Below are positions 38,161 to 47,632 of a DNA stretch of 64,000 nt, piece by piece. The notes beneath the pieces were generated by a model that saw only the letters and a list, made by a program, of their open reading frames with translations, was not told the origin of the DNA and searched no databases. The position numbers and the translations under genes are program-made. Source of the DNA: Candidatus Xenobia bacterium (GTDB taxonomy: Bacteria > Vulcanimicrobiota > Xenobia > Xenobiales > QWHO01). The stretch is taken from NCBI GenBank assembly GCA_045863235.1, contig BTUM01000039.1, positions 8,025 through 72,024 on the forward strand, in the 5' to 3' direction. The stretch's first letter is position 1; every line of letters begins with the position of its first letter.

Positions 38161-39033
38161 GTGCAAAGCCGGGCCACGCGGGTATGCTCCGCGGCCCTGG
38201 AAGAGCGTCCGGCCGTGAGAAGGGTCGGGCTGGTCAGCAAGGAGCTGAAGCCACGCAAAGAGGCGAGCGCGCCGGTTGCGCAAAAGCCGGTCAAGCCGCT
38301 TCTGGGCCAGTCAGCGACTGCCCGCTCGGGCATGGTTTCCAAGCTCACTGTCACCCTTCCTGACGCCAAGACCAAAAAAGAGCAAGTGGTCGTCGCCACG
38401 CTGACCCTGCGTCAGGTGGCCACGCGGCTGAGGATTCCTGTCAACGACGTCAAGGACATGTTGCGCCAGGGCGTCCTGCGCGGCGGGCTGTCGGGAGTGC
38501 CTGTGCCCGAGCTCGAGAACTACATTCGCATCCACCGGCCCCACTTGCTGCGAGTGGTTGAGACTCCCACCGTCGAGGAGACCCACTTCCCCACCTTCCG
38601 CAAGCTGCGACGCGGGTTGATGTGGCGGATCGACCTCTGGAGCCGAGCCGTCCTGGGGTTTTTGACCCCGCGCAAGAAGCCCGTGCTGACTGTGACCCTG
38701 CCCACGCCCGCGCCGCCCGAGCCCGAGGGTCCGCCCGATGAAGCCGCCATCCTCCAGGCTTTGCAGGCCACTGACGTGAAGCGTCTCAAGGCGTTGCTCG
38801 ACGAGCATGGGGATCTGGTGCTGCGGACCACCGACGCAGAGCAGAATACCTCGCTCCACCTGGCGGTGATGGCCGGGGGCTACGAGCGCACCTATCTGCT
38901 CGTCAACGCAGGGGCCGAGCTGAACGCCCGCAACGCCAACGGGACTACTCCGCTGGGGCTGGTGCTGCAGGCACGTCGGGGAGGCTGGCGTCAGGTGGCG
39001 AGCCTGCTTCAGGAGCGGGGCGCAATCGAGTGA
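38161..39033 (+). CDS. Excisionase-like HTH plus ankyrin-repeat protein (start uncertain)
   Basis: LTLRQVATRLRIP...MLRQGVLRG, then NTSLHLAV...GAELNARNANGTTPL...LLQERGA. TGCTATACT extended -10 at 38134-38142. Confidence 0.75.
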   Translation: MQSRATRVCSAALEERPAVRRVGLVSKELKPRKEASAPVAQKPVKPLLGQSATARSGMVSKLTVTLPDAKTKKEQVVVATLTLRQVATRLRIPVNDVKDMLRQGVLRGGLSGVPVPELENYIRIHRPHLLRVVETPTVEETHFPTFRKLRRGLMWRIDLWSRAVLGFLTPRKKPVLTVTLPTPAPPEPEGPPDEAAILQALQATDVKRLKALLDEHGDLVLRTTDAEQNTSLHLAVMAGGYERTYLLVNAGAELNARNANGTTPLGLVLQARRGGWRQVASLLQERGAIE

Positions 39034-40234
39034 GCGCCCCGGCCGCCAGGGCCGAGAGCAGGGGAGCGGCCGGCAGCGTGTAGCGCGTCTCGACGTGCAA
39101 AAGCGAATAGGCCGTCGTCAGGCAGAGCAAGAAGCCCAACGGCAAGGCCATGGCCCGCAAATCAAAGCGCCTCACCAGACCCGCCAGGGCCAGCAGCAGC
39201 ACCAGACGTTGCAGTCCTCGGGCGACTTCAACCAGGATGGGCACGCGCTCATCGCGGGGGAAGGCGTAGAGGAGCGGATCGCTGGCATCCCACCAGAGGT
39301 GCCAGGCCTGGTTGAGTACATGCAGCGCATAGCGGCCCGGATGGTCCTTGATGGCCTGGATGCCCACCCGGGTCAGCTCGTTGTTGACGGCTCGCACCCG
39401 CTCGGGCGGCAGGTCCTCCATGCCACCCCCAGGCAACACCGGTGACCACTGAATCAGGCCCTCTTTGTAGGCCTCCAGGCCATCACGGGTCAAGAAGACG
39501 CCCTGATCGAAGGTGACTCCGATGTAGATGGCATACCCGAAGCCGGTCACGGTCATGGGCGTGAAACGCCCCCCCACCTGGTAGTTGCGGTAGGCCCAGG
39601 GCACCATGCACAGGCTCCAACACAGCACGGCCAGCGCCCCCATTCTCCAGGCGCGACTCAGGCCGGTCGCCAGGAGCAGTGCCACGACCGCGAAGGGCAG
39701 CATGGTGGGCTTGGTCAGGCTGAGCAGGGCCGAGAGCACCCCCAGGAGCGCGAAACGCCGCCAATTGACTTGCTCTGTGCAGCGCCAGGCCACCTCCACC
39801 ACGGCGGTCAGCAGCACCGTGCTCAAGACGTCGTTCAGGGCCGGGATCGAGAAGAGTGCCCAGTAAGGGTTGAGCACCAGGATGCTCACCGCCAGCAGGG
39901 CGTAACCTTCGCCGCCCAGCTTGCGCAGACGAGAGTAGACCAGCAAGGCCATGACCACCGTGAGCAAGCTCTGAAAGAGAACCACAGAGAGCTCCAGCGG
40001 CACGGGAATCATCATCAGCAGAGTCACCGCGATCGGCATCAGGGGGGGGCGCGAGATGTCCGGGTAGTAAGGCTCGCAGGGGCTGTGCGAAAAGCCGTGG
40101 CCTTCGAGCATGTTGTGGGCCAGCATGACGTGGTGGTAAGCATCGCCCAGCAAGCGCTGGGGAATCCAGGCGGCCAGGGCGAGGCGCAGCACGACCCCGA
40201 GGAGGAGCAACGCCGCCAGAGTCCTGTGTGCCAT
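38945..40234 (-). CDS. GT-C membrane glycosyltransferase (ArnT-like)
   Basis: GDAYHH..LAHN..GHGF, RPPLMP, LTKP, PWAYRNY, ETRY. Multi-TM. Confidence 0.8.
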   Translation of the reverse strand: MAHRTLAALLLLGVVLRLALAAWIPQRLLGDAYHHVMLAHNMLEGHGFSHSPCEPYYPDISRPPLMPIAVTLLMMIPVPLELSVVLFQSLLTVVMALLVYSRLRKLGGEGYALLAVSILVLNPYWALFSIPALNDVLSTVLLTAVVEVAWRCTEQVNWRRFALLGVLSALLSLTKPTMLPFAVVALLLATGLSRAWRMGALAVLCWSLCMVPWAYRNYQVGGRFTPMTVTGFGYAIYIGVTFDQGVFLTRDGLEAYKEGLIQWSPVLPGGGMEDLPPERVRAVNNELTRVGIQAIKDHPGRYALHVLNQAWHLWWDASDPLLYAFPRDERVPILVEVARGLQRLVLLLALAGLVRRFDLRAMALPLGFLLCLTTAYSLLHVETRYTLPAAPLLSALAAGALTRLRPAPEAGSPPDASLPDVPAAPAPAE

Positions 40235-40258
40235 CCGATCGGCCCTTTCTTCAGTTTG

Positions 40259-40279
40259 GCGAGTTGACCTGTAGTCGAC
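40259..40279. repeat. 21-bp direct repeat, copy 1
   Basis: GCGAGTTGACCTGTAGTCGAC, identical to 41279-41299. Confidence 0.9.
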
Positions 40280-40469
40280 CAGTTTTGCGAGCGGGCGCTC
40301 CTGAATGGCGTCCACCGGGCCGCGGCCCTGTCCTGGCGAAGGCTCGTACGGAGCGGAAGCCACTACGTTGCCGCCGGATGGTCAGAGTCGAGTGCGCCCG
40401 TAGGCCGGGAGGCGCTTGCTGTGGGAGACCGCGAACTCCGGGGTAACGGACGCGAGTTGTCTGTCCGAG

Positions 40470-40507
40470 TTGACCTTTCAGGCTACCGACAAGTATACTG
40501 ATCAGTA
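40470..40507 (+). promoter_or_regulatory. TA operon promoter with overlapping palindromic operator
   Basis: TTGACC (40470-40475), 18 nt, TATACT (40494-40499). Palindrome TACTGATCAGTA at 40496-40507. GGAGG RBS downstream. Confidence 0.75.
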
Positions 40508-40519
40508 CTCTGGAGGAAG

Positions 40520-40768
40520 ATGAGCAACCCAACGGTTCGGATCAGCCCACAAGCCCATTCGACTCTCAAGGCCCTGGCCGAAAGCTCGGGTGACACCATG
40601 CAGCAATTGCTCGACCGGGCTATCGAAGCTTATCGTCGTCAGTGTTTTCTCGAGGAGGCCAATGCCTCGTATGAAGCATTACGGGGCGATGCAATCTCTT
40701 GGGCTGAGTGGCAGGCAGAGTTGGAAGGCTGGGATTCAACGCTTCTGGATGGTCTCGGGCGCGAGTGA
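40520..40768 (+). CDS. Antitoxin (RHH-like) of a type II TA pair
   Basis: TVRIS...LKALA...LLDRAIEAY, acidic tail WDSTLLDGL. Overlaps the toxin start. Confidence 0.88.
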   Translation: MSNPTVRISPQAHSTLKALAESSGDTMQQLLDRAIEAYRRQCFLEEANASYEALRGDAISWAEWQAELEGWDSTLLDGLGRE

Positions 40769-41109
40769 ATGTTCCCGCCAGGAGTGAGATCTGGTTTGCC
40801 GATTTGAACCCTGTTCGCGGTCACGAGCAAGGCGGGCATCGACCCGTTCTGGTAATCTCCGTCGACGCTTACAACCGTGGTCCGGCGGGTCTCGTGCTTG
40901 TTCTACCTGTCACATCAACGCAGCGAGGTGTGCGATATCACGTTACGGTCGAGCCGCCAGAAGGTGGGCTTACGAATCCGAGTGATGTGCTTTGCGATGC
41001 CATTCGCAGCATATCCAGAGAACGATTGGGGCGTCGCCTCGGCGCAGTCGGTCCGGGGACCATGGCGGCTATCGAGGAGCGCTTGAAGATCTTGCAGGGA
41101 CTGCCCTGA
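40765..41109 (+). CDS. mazF: PemK/MazF-family endoribonuclease toxin
   Basis: RSEIWFADLNPVRGHEQGGHRPVLVIS, LPVTS, IRSISRERL. GTGA overlap. Confidence 0.94.
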   Translation: MNVPARSEIWFADLNPVRGHEQGGHRPVLVISVDAYNRGPAGLVLVLPVTSTQRGVRYHVTVEPPEGGLTNPSDVLCDAIRSISRERLGRRLGAVGPGTMAAIEERLKILQGLP

Positions 41110-41278
41110 TCGTCGCACATCTCTCCCGCTCATGAACTCGGTCGATTCTCCAGTGGACCGTCGATGCGTTCGAGAAGCTCCCGGCGAGCTCCGGTGAAGT
41201 GGCCCGGACGCCGGCGCAATCCACCCTCGAGCGGGATCCAGTCGGAGCAACCCGCCGGAGTCCTGTGAGCCATCCGGC

Positions 41279-41299
41279 GCGAGTTGACCTGTAGTCGAC
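41279..41299. repeat. 21-bp direct repeat, copy 2
   Basis: GCGAGTTGACCTGTAGTCGAC. Confidence 0.9.
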
Positions 41300-41404
41300 G
41301 AGAGATTCTCAGCCATGTGAGCTGCTGAGGAGGGGCCCTTGTCGATGACCCGGAACCAGGCTGCCACGTATCGTAGTCATCAACCAGTATTGACGGAGGA
41401 CCTC

Positions 41405-44104
41405 TTGACACGACTGCTGGCCCTGGCCTTGCTCGCTCTTTCCCTCGCACTGAGCGGTTGCGGCTCGGAAGAATCCATCACCGGACAGGCGCCGGTCTCG
41501 GCCATCCTGGCTTCGGCCCGTATCGGCCCGGCCGGGGGCACCGTGACCGTGACCGAGGGTCCCTTTGCCGGCGCCTCCGTCACCATACCTCCCGGAGCCC
41601 TCCAGACCGAGGAGCTGATCACGATCGCCCCGGGCACCGGGCTGACTGAGCCGGGCTTCGACACCTGGGGACCGGCGCTTGCCTTCGGCCCTCCCGGCCT
41701 GCAGTTTGCCCTCCCGGTTCGGATCACGCTCCCCGTTCCGCCTCTGGAAAGCCTGGTTTCCGACTACCTGGCCGGTCACCTCGATGCGCAGGATCAGACC
41801 CTCATCCAGCCACTGGCCATGGCGGAGGGTCAGAGCTTGCTCGAGCTCGAGAGCTTCAATTTCTCGACCTTCCAGGGCCTGCGCCACCGCCGGGAGGCAC
41901 CCACGCCGACCTCTTCCCCCCGACCGAACGTCGCCCCCAATACCCCGCTCTCTCCCGGCACCACGACCGGAAATGCCCCTCTGATCGCTCCGCTTTCTCC
42001 GGACACTTTCCTGACCACGGGGCTCAACCCCGACGGAACGCTGGCCAGCAACCCGGTCATCGACCGGGGCACAATCCTCTTTGACGGCCTCACCTACAAC
42101 CTGCGCAGCTTGAGCCAGGGTGACTCCATTACCATCGGAACCGGGAAGAACCAGTTCAGCGCGGTGGTCTACTCCATGGTTCCGGTCATGGCAACGACCG
42201 ATTTTGCTTACGCGCATCTCAAGGAATTCTACCTCGACGACTCCAAGAACACTGTTCACCCCGATCCGATGCCGGCCACGAGCCAGCCCGGGACCATCAA
42301 CAAGGGCTCCAAGTCCAGCGTGGGTCCCGCCCCGACCGCCAGCGCCTATGATCCCAATACGCCGGTGTATCTCACCTCCAACAACGCCACAGACAACGCC
42401 TTCTTCTTCCTGCCCAACCTGCCCAACGGACGCAACGCCAACGGTTATACCGACCATCTGGGGCTGACCGAGAACGTCTCCTGGACCTTCAATCCTTTCC
42501 TTTACACGTTTCTGGACAAGACCTACGACACGGGTCTGTTCTGGCGTTTCTGTCACGGCTGGGCCTCTCCCTCGGAGAATGCCAACCAGACGGTGCAGTG
42601 GAACCGGATGGATGCGACCAATCTCAACGCCGCGAACCCTGGCGGTGCCCCGCCCCTGCAACTGGCTGCAAACGCGGGGCAAGACCTGGTCAGCGCGACG
42701 ATCATGGCTTTGAGCACGACCAGCCCCGGTGCTCTGGCCACCCTGTTCAGCGGCTGGGTCAATACCGGCGCGAATCAAGACAACAGCACCTGGACCAGCG
42801 TGCAGCAACTGCCATCGTGGCTGGCCTTCGGGGCCTTCGTGACCTACCAGCCAATGCCCGGCTTCCAGTGTAATCTCCTGCGCCAGAACACGCCGGCCGG
42901 CACCTACACGATGGCCGAGAATACCAGCATGCTCTTTGTGCGCAATACCGGTCAGGTGGAGATCCCGGCAGCTTCCTCGGGCACCACCGTCAGCGGTCCG
43001 GTGCCGCTGGTGCTACAGACCTGGACTGACCAGCGCTTTGCGGTCTATAACGCCCTGACCCAGGCCGTGCCTTCGACCCAGGACCAGTATCCCGGCGAGG
43101 AGTACTATTACCTGGGGAACACCTATCTGCCGGGCAAAGCGGGCCTGGTGAACCGCTGGACCCACTACCCGAGGATGACGCTGGTCAGCGCCACCGGGGT
43201 GGCCCAGCCCGACGAGCGCGACACGGACTGCTGGCTTGGCCTGCGAGGTGACCAGCCGTGGGATGTGATGGCCTGGATGCAAGGCTACATCGTTCCCCCC
43301 GGTATCCTCCCGCAGCCCAATGACCTGGGCTACCTCGAGCAAGGTGGCCAGGCCGGCAAGCCCTTCATGCTGGGCGCCTCCCAGCAGGTCACCAGCCCGA
43401 CCGATGCCAACGTGCTCGAGACCCTGCGGCTGGAGAACTCCAACTCGTTCTGGTGGGTGCAGGTTCCCAAGACGGACAGCTCCCTGAAGCAGATGTATGC
43501 CGCCACCCTGTGCCTTGACCCGGACGGGTCCGGCGCCCTGGGTTACTTGCCGGTCGCCAAAGTGTGGTGGAAGTGGGTGCCCCAGAGCTTCGCCCTGCAA
43601 TCGGGCAGCTACACCTGGACCGCTCAGGTCAGCCAGCTCGGCAGCTGGGTTCCCCAGTTCCAGTGGTTGGTGCAAAACGGGCCGGAGCAGAAGGACAAGA
43701 CGACCGGAGTCATTTCCTACCCGGCCAAAGGTTTCCCCTCCGGTTGGTTCAATCAGCTCCCCGGTCCCACCGATACGGCCAAGCAGGGCACCTCCGGCAG
43801 CCCCAACGTCTACACCCTCGCGGGACCGGCCCCGGGCGGAGCCACCACCGGCTCCTCCATCAGCCTGACCGTTAACGAAGCTGACCTTCCCACGAATGCA
43901 GCGCCTCAGGCCATCACCTGGAATCCCCCCGGCTCGGGTCCCTTCTCACCGGGGAAGGCCAAAACGACCGGTCAGGTGACCAACAGCGCCACCAGCAATC
44001 AGGTGGGAGACACGCTGCAGCGCTACACGATCGAGGCGGTGACGCCCCTGGCCTCGGGCGCTCCCAACTTTCTGATCGTGCTCGGGCCGGCACCCACCAA
44101 CTAG
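41405..44104 (+). CDS. Large lipoprotein with ZU5-like N-terminal module
   Basis: GGAGGA RBS then TTG at 41405. Lipobox LSGC. IGPAGGTV...IPPGAL...FGPPGLQFALPVRITLP...NFS pattern. Confidence 0.8.
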   Translation: MTRLLALALLALSLALSGCGSEESITGQAPVSAILASARIGPAGGTVTVTEGPFAGASVTIPPGALQTEELITIAPGTGLTEPGFDTWGPALAFGPPGLQFALPVRITLPVPPLESLVSDYLAGHLDAQDQTLIQPLAMAEGQSLLELESFNFSTFQGLRHRREAPTPTSSPRPNVAPNTPLSPGTTTGNAPLIAPLSPDTFLTTGLNPDGTLASNPVIDRGTILFDGLTYNLRSLSQGDSITIGTGKNQFSAVVYSMVPVMATTDFAYAHLKEFYLDDSKNTVHPDPMPATSQPGTINKGSKSSVGPAPTASAYDPNTPVYLTSNNATDNAFFFLPNLPNGRNANGYTDHLGLTENVSWTFNPFLYTFLDKTYDTGLFWRFCHGWASPSENANQTVQWNRMDATNLNAANPGGAPPLQLAANAGQDLVSATIMALSTTSPGALATLFSGWVNTGANQDNSTWTSVQQLPSWLAFGAFVTYQPMPGFQCNLLRQNTPAGTYTMAENTSMLFVRNTGQVEIPAASSGTTVSGPVPLVLQTWTDQRFAVYNALTQAVPSTQDQYPGEEYYYLGNTYLPGKAGLVNRWTHYPRMTLVSATGVAQPDERDTDCWLGLRGDQPWDVMAWMQGYIVPPGILPQPNDLGYLEQGGQAGKPFMLGASQQVTSPTDANVLETLRLENSNSFWWVQVPKTDSSLKQMYAATLCLDPDGSGALGYLPVAKVWWKWVPQSFALQSGSYTWTAQVSQLGSWVPQFQWLVQNGPEQKDKTTGVISYPAKGFPSGWFNQLPGPTDTAKQGTSGSPNVYTLAGPAPGGATTGSSISLTVNEADLPTNAAPQAITWNPPGSGPFSPGKAKTTGQVTNSATSNQVGDTLQRYTIEAVTPLASGAPNFLIVLGPAPTN

Positions 44105-44110
44105 CAGAGT

Positions 44111-44143
44111 GATGCAAAAGTCCTCGAAGAGGGCTTTTGCATC
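44111..44143 (+). terminator. Hairpin terminator after the lipoprotein gene
   Basis: GATGCAAAAGTCCTC-GAA-GAGGGCTTTTGCATC. Confidence 0.75.
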
Positions 44144-44185
44144 ATCCAGCTAGGGTTTTCCCGGCCGGGCCGGGAAGGCCCGGCC

Positions 44186-45460
44186 ATGCCCCCCAAGACC
44201 ATCGCCTTCTTCCCCGAGGCCGCCTACGGCCCCGCCCTCAACTCGGTGGGCATCGCCCAGGCCTGCGAGAAGCTGGGCCACCGGGCGGTGTTCCTGACCG
44301 CGCCCGACCTGGCTGGCACCTACTCCGGCTACGGCTTCGAGGAGCACCTGGTGCCCATGTCGGCCCCCATGCCCGCCGAGGAGGCGGCCAGCTACTGGCA
44401 GACCTTCATCGATGGGCACATCCCCAACTTCAACAAGTCTCCCTACGAGCAGATCGACAACTACGTCAAGGATTGCTGGGACGCCATCGTGGAGACGGCG
44501 GTGTGGGCCCAGAAGTCGCTGCCCGAGGTGCTCGCGCGGGTGCAGCCCGACGTGGTGTGCGTGGACAACGTGATCTTGTTCCCGGCCATCAAGCAGTATG
44601 GCAAGCCCTGGGTGCGCATCATCTCCTGCAGCGAAAACGAGATCCCCGATCCAGACATTCCCCCGCACCTGTCGGGCTGCGGGCAAGACGACAAAGCCTG
44701 CTTTCAGGCCTTCGAAGAGCGCTTCAACCAGGTGATCGGCCCCATCCACCAGCGCTTCAACGTCTTTCTGGCCGAGCAGGGCGAGGCCCCCTATCCCCTG
44801 GGCCAGTTCTTCGAGGCCTCGCCTCACCTGAACTTGCTGCTCTATCCCGAGCCGGTCAAGTTCCGCCGCCGCCAGCCCCTCGACCCGCAGCGTTTCCAAT
44901 ACCTGGAAGGGTGCGTGCGGCAGGACGCGCCCTACCAGCTCCCTGCCTTTCAAACCAACCAGGACAAGCCTGTCGTGTACGTCAGCTTCGGCTCGCTCGG
45001 CTGCGGCGACGTGCCCACCCTGCAGCGCCTGGTGGAAGCCCTGGGCCGGCTGCCCTTGCGGGCCCTGATCAACGTGGGCGGCTATCTCGAGAGCTATCGC
45101 GAGGTGCCCCCGAACGTGCACCTCGACAAGTGGTTCCCCCAGCCTTCGGTCATCCCCCAGGTGGACGCGGTGATCCACCACGGGGGCAACAACACCTTCA
45201 CCGAGTGCCTCTACTTCGGCAAGCCGGCCCTGATCATGCCCTACGTCTGGGACGGCCACGACAATGCCACCCGGGTTCACGAGACCGGTCACGGTCTCAA
45301 GATGCACCGGGCCAACTGGACCTTCGAGGAGCTCTCTGAGGCCCTCGACACCCTGCTGACCGACCAGGAGATGGCCGCGCGGCTCAAGCGCAGCGCGGCC
45401 CAGATGCAGGCCAGTCCGGGCCCCGCCCGGGCGGCCGAAGCGATTGTGAGGCTGCTCTAA
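44186..45460 (+). CDS. GT1/UDP-glycosyltransferase-family protein (atypical)
   Basis: VYVSFGS, WFPQPSVI...IHHGGNNTFTE...P..WDGHDNA. Confidence 0.88.
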   Translation: MPPKTIAFFPEAAYGPALNSVGIAQACEKLGHRAVFLTAPDLAGTYSGYGFEEHLVPMSAPMPAEEAASYWQTFIDGHIPNFNKSPYEQIDNYVKDCWDAIVETAVWAQKSLPEVLARVQPDVVCVDNVILFPAIKQYGKPWVRIISCSENEIPDPDIPPHLSGCGQDDKACFQAFEERFNQVIGPIHQRFNVFLAEQGEAPYPLGQFFEASPHLNLLLYPEPVKFRRRQPLDPQRFQYLEGCVRQDAPYQLPAFQTNQDKPVVYVSFGSLGCGDVPTLQRLVEALGRLPLRALINVGGYLESYREVPPNVHLDKWFPQPSVIPQVDAVIHHGGNNTFTECLYFGKPALIMPYVWDGHDNATRVHETGHGLKMHRANWTFEELSEALDTLLTDQEMAARLKRSAAQMQASPGPARAAEAIVRLL

Positions 45461-45461
45461 C

Positions 45462-46160
45462 ATGGCGATCATGCTCAAGTCCAGTGCCCCCCACGTGCGC
45501 GGCGTGGCCCGGGTGGATCAAGAACTGCTGGAGGTGGACTCCACCCTCAAGGTGGCCCCCATCCCGGTCGGCCCCAACGACTGGCCCCAGATGGGCATCA
45601 TCCGCTCGGAGCCCTCGCGCTGGCCGATGACCCTGGAGAGCTGCGATCAGCTGTGCCACTTCATGGAGGGGCGCGCCACCTGCACGCGCGAGGGCGAGAC
45701 CATCGAGGTGGAGCCGGGCACGGTGGTGCACTTCAAGACCGGCTGGAAGGGCGAGATCCAGGTTCACGAGACGGTGCACTTCGTCTACGTCTGCTTTCCC
45801 GGCGCCCCGGCCGAGAAGACGCCGGTGCTGCGCGACGTGGCCACGGTGCCGGCCGAGAAAGACTGGGGGATCATCCCCACTATGCTCGAGGGTGAGTCGC
45901 GCACCAGCGGCATCTTGCTCTCGCGCGACGCCGACGGCGGGGCCGAGAGCGGCATCTGGATCTGCACCCCCGGCAAGTGGCACTGCCACGTCACCAGGGA
46001 CGAGTTCTGCCACTTCCTGAGCGGGCGCTGCACTTACACCCACGACCGTAGCGGCGAGGTGATCGAGATCGAGCCCGACACCGCGGCCTTCTTCCCGAAA
46101 GACTGGAAGGGCACGTGCGTGGTCCACGAGACGGTGCGCAAGGTCTACTTCATCGCATGA
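45462..46160 (+). CDS. Tandem cupin (Cupin_3/DUF861-like) protein
   Basis: Two repeats: GIWICTPG, EFCHFLSG, GWKG/DWKG..VHETVRKVY. Confidence 0.88.
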   Translation: MAIMLKSSAPHVRGVARVDQELLEVDSTLKVAPIPVGPNDWPQMGIIRSEPSRWPMTLESCDQLCHFMEGRATCTREGETIEVEPGTVVHFKTGWKGEIQVHETVHFVYVCFPGAPAEKTPVLRDVATVPAEKDWGIIPTMLEGESRTSGILLSRDADGGAESGIWICTPGKWHCHVTRDEFCHFLSGRCTYTHDRSGEVIEIEPDTAAFFPKDWKGTCVVHETVRKVYFIA

Positions 46161-47632
46161 GCGCTCTTCAGTACGTGGGGGGCAGGCTGGTGAAGGCCGC
46201 CGGCGCCCCTCGCAAGGTGCTGGATCCGGCCACGCTGCAAGAGGTGGGGGAGGTGGCTGAGGCCACCTCCGAGGAGATCGAGGCCGCCCTGCAGGCGGCC
46301 GAGCGGGCCCGGCCCGCCTGGGCTCAGATGGACGCCAAAAGCCGGGCCAACGTGCTCCACCGCCTGGCCGACGCCATCGAGAACGGGGACCGGCGCCGGG
46401 TAGCCGAGCTGATGACCCGCGAGATGGGCAAGCCCTTCCCCGAGGCCATGGGCGAGCTGGCCAACGTGGCCTCCATCTTCCGTTACTGCGCCGAGCTTGC
46501 GCGCGACGAGGTGGGCCGGGTGGCCGGTCCCATCCAGCCGGGGTCGTTTCAGTATTCACGCGCCTTTCCGTACGGCGTGAGCGTGCACATCGTGCCCTTC
46601 AACTTCCCCATCCTGCTCTTGTCCTGGACCCTGGCCGCCTCGCTCGCGGCCGGCAATGTGGCCATCGCCAAGCCAGCCGAGGCCACCACCCTCTGCACCT
46701 GGGCGTTCTGCGAGCTGCTGGGCGAGGTGCTGCCCCCGGGCGTCCTCTCGGCCCTGGCCGGCGGACCGGCGGTGGGGCGGGCCCTGGTCGAGTCCGAGCG
46801 CACCCACGTGGTGGCCTTCACCGGCTCGGTGGCCGCCGCTCGGGCCGTAGGCACCGCCTGCGCCGAGCGCTTCAAGCCCTGTCTGCTCGAGGCGGGCGGC
46901 TCGGACGCGCTGATCGTCTCCGACAAGGCCCCTCTGGAGGTGGCCATCGCCGGCTCGGTAACGGCTGCCTTCCACCTCTCGGGCCAGATCTGCACCTCGG
47001 CCGAGCGCTTCTTCGTGCACCGGGATGTCCACGACCGCTTCGTGGCCGGGCTGGTGGAGGGTGCCCGCAAGCTGCGCATCGGCCACGGCCTGGAGCGCTC
47101 CGAGCTCGGTCCCCTGGTCTCGGAGGCGGCCCGGGCCAAGGTGGTCCGCCTGGTGGACGACGCCGTGGCCCGCGGGGCGCGCCTGGAGACGGGCGGGCGC
47201 ATTCCGCCCGGACGCGATGTGGGCTGGTTCTACGAGCCCACCGTGTTGACCGGGGTGTCGCCTGACATGCCCATCTTCCACGAGGAAGTGTTCGGTCCGG
47301 TAGCCTCCATCTGCGCCGTGGACTCGTTCGAGCAGGCCCTGGAGCTGGCCAATCGCTCTGAGTTCGGGCTGGGGGCCTCGCTCTTCACCACCGACCTCTC
47401 CGAGGCCATGGCCTTCGTGGAGCTCATCGAGTCGGGCATGGCCTGGGTCAACAATCCCCTCATCGACAACGACGCCCTGCCCTTTGGAGGCTGGAAGCAC
47501 TCCGGGGTGGGACGGGCCCTGGGCCGCGAAGGCCTGAACGCCTTTCGGCGCACCAAGATGGTGGTGGTGGACGCCACCCCGAAGGTGCACGACTGGTGGT
47601 ATCCCTACCCTGAGAGCGAGTTCTATTCCTGA
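46157..47632 (+). CDS. Aldehyde dehydrogenase
   Basis: PFNFP, FTGS, LEAGG, GQICTS, EEVFGP, PFGGWKHSG. ATGA overlap. Confidence 0.94.
   Translation: MSALQYVGGRLVKAAGAPRKVLDPATLQEVGEVAEATSEEIEAALQAAERARPAWAQMDAKSRANVLHRLADAIENGDRRRVAELMTREMGKPFPEAMGELANVASIFRYCAELARDEVGRVAGPIQPGSFQYSRAFPYGVSVHIVPFNFPILLLSWTLAASLAAGNVAIAKPAEATTLCTWAFCELLGEVLPPGVLSALAGGPAVGRALVESERTHVVAFTGSVAAARAVGTACAERFKPCLLEAGGSDALIVSDKAPLEVAIAGSVTAAFHLSGQICTSAERFFVHRDVHDRFVAGLVEGARKLRIGHGLERSELGPLVSEAARAKVVRLVDDAVARGARLETGGRIPPGRDVGWFYEPTVLTGVSPDMPIFHEEVFGPVASICAVDSFEQALELANRSEFGLGASLFTTDLSEAMAFVELIESGMAWVNNPLIDNDALPFGGWKHSGVGRALGREGLNAFRRTKMVVVDATPKVHDWWYPYPESEFYS

Noticed and set aside
40259..41299. TA module as an integron cassette
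   Set aside because: GTTGACC does not fit GTTRRRY, and no attC-like hairpin or integrase was seen.
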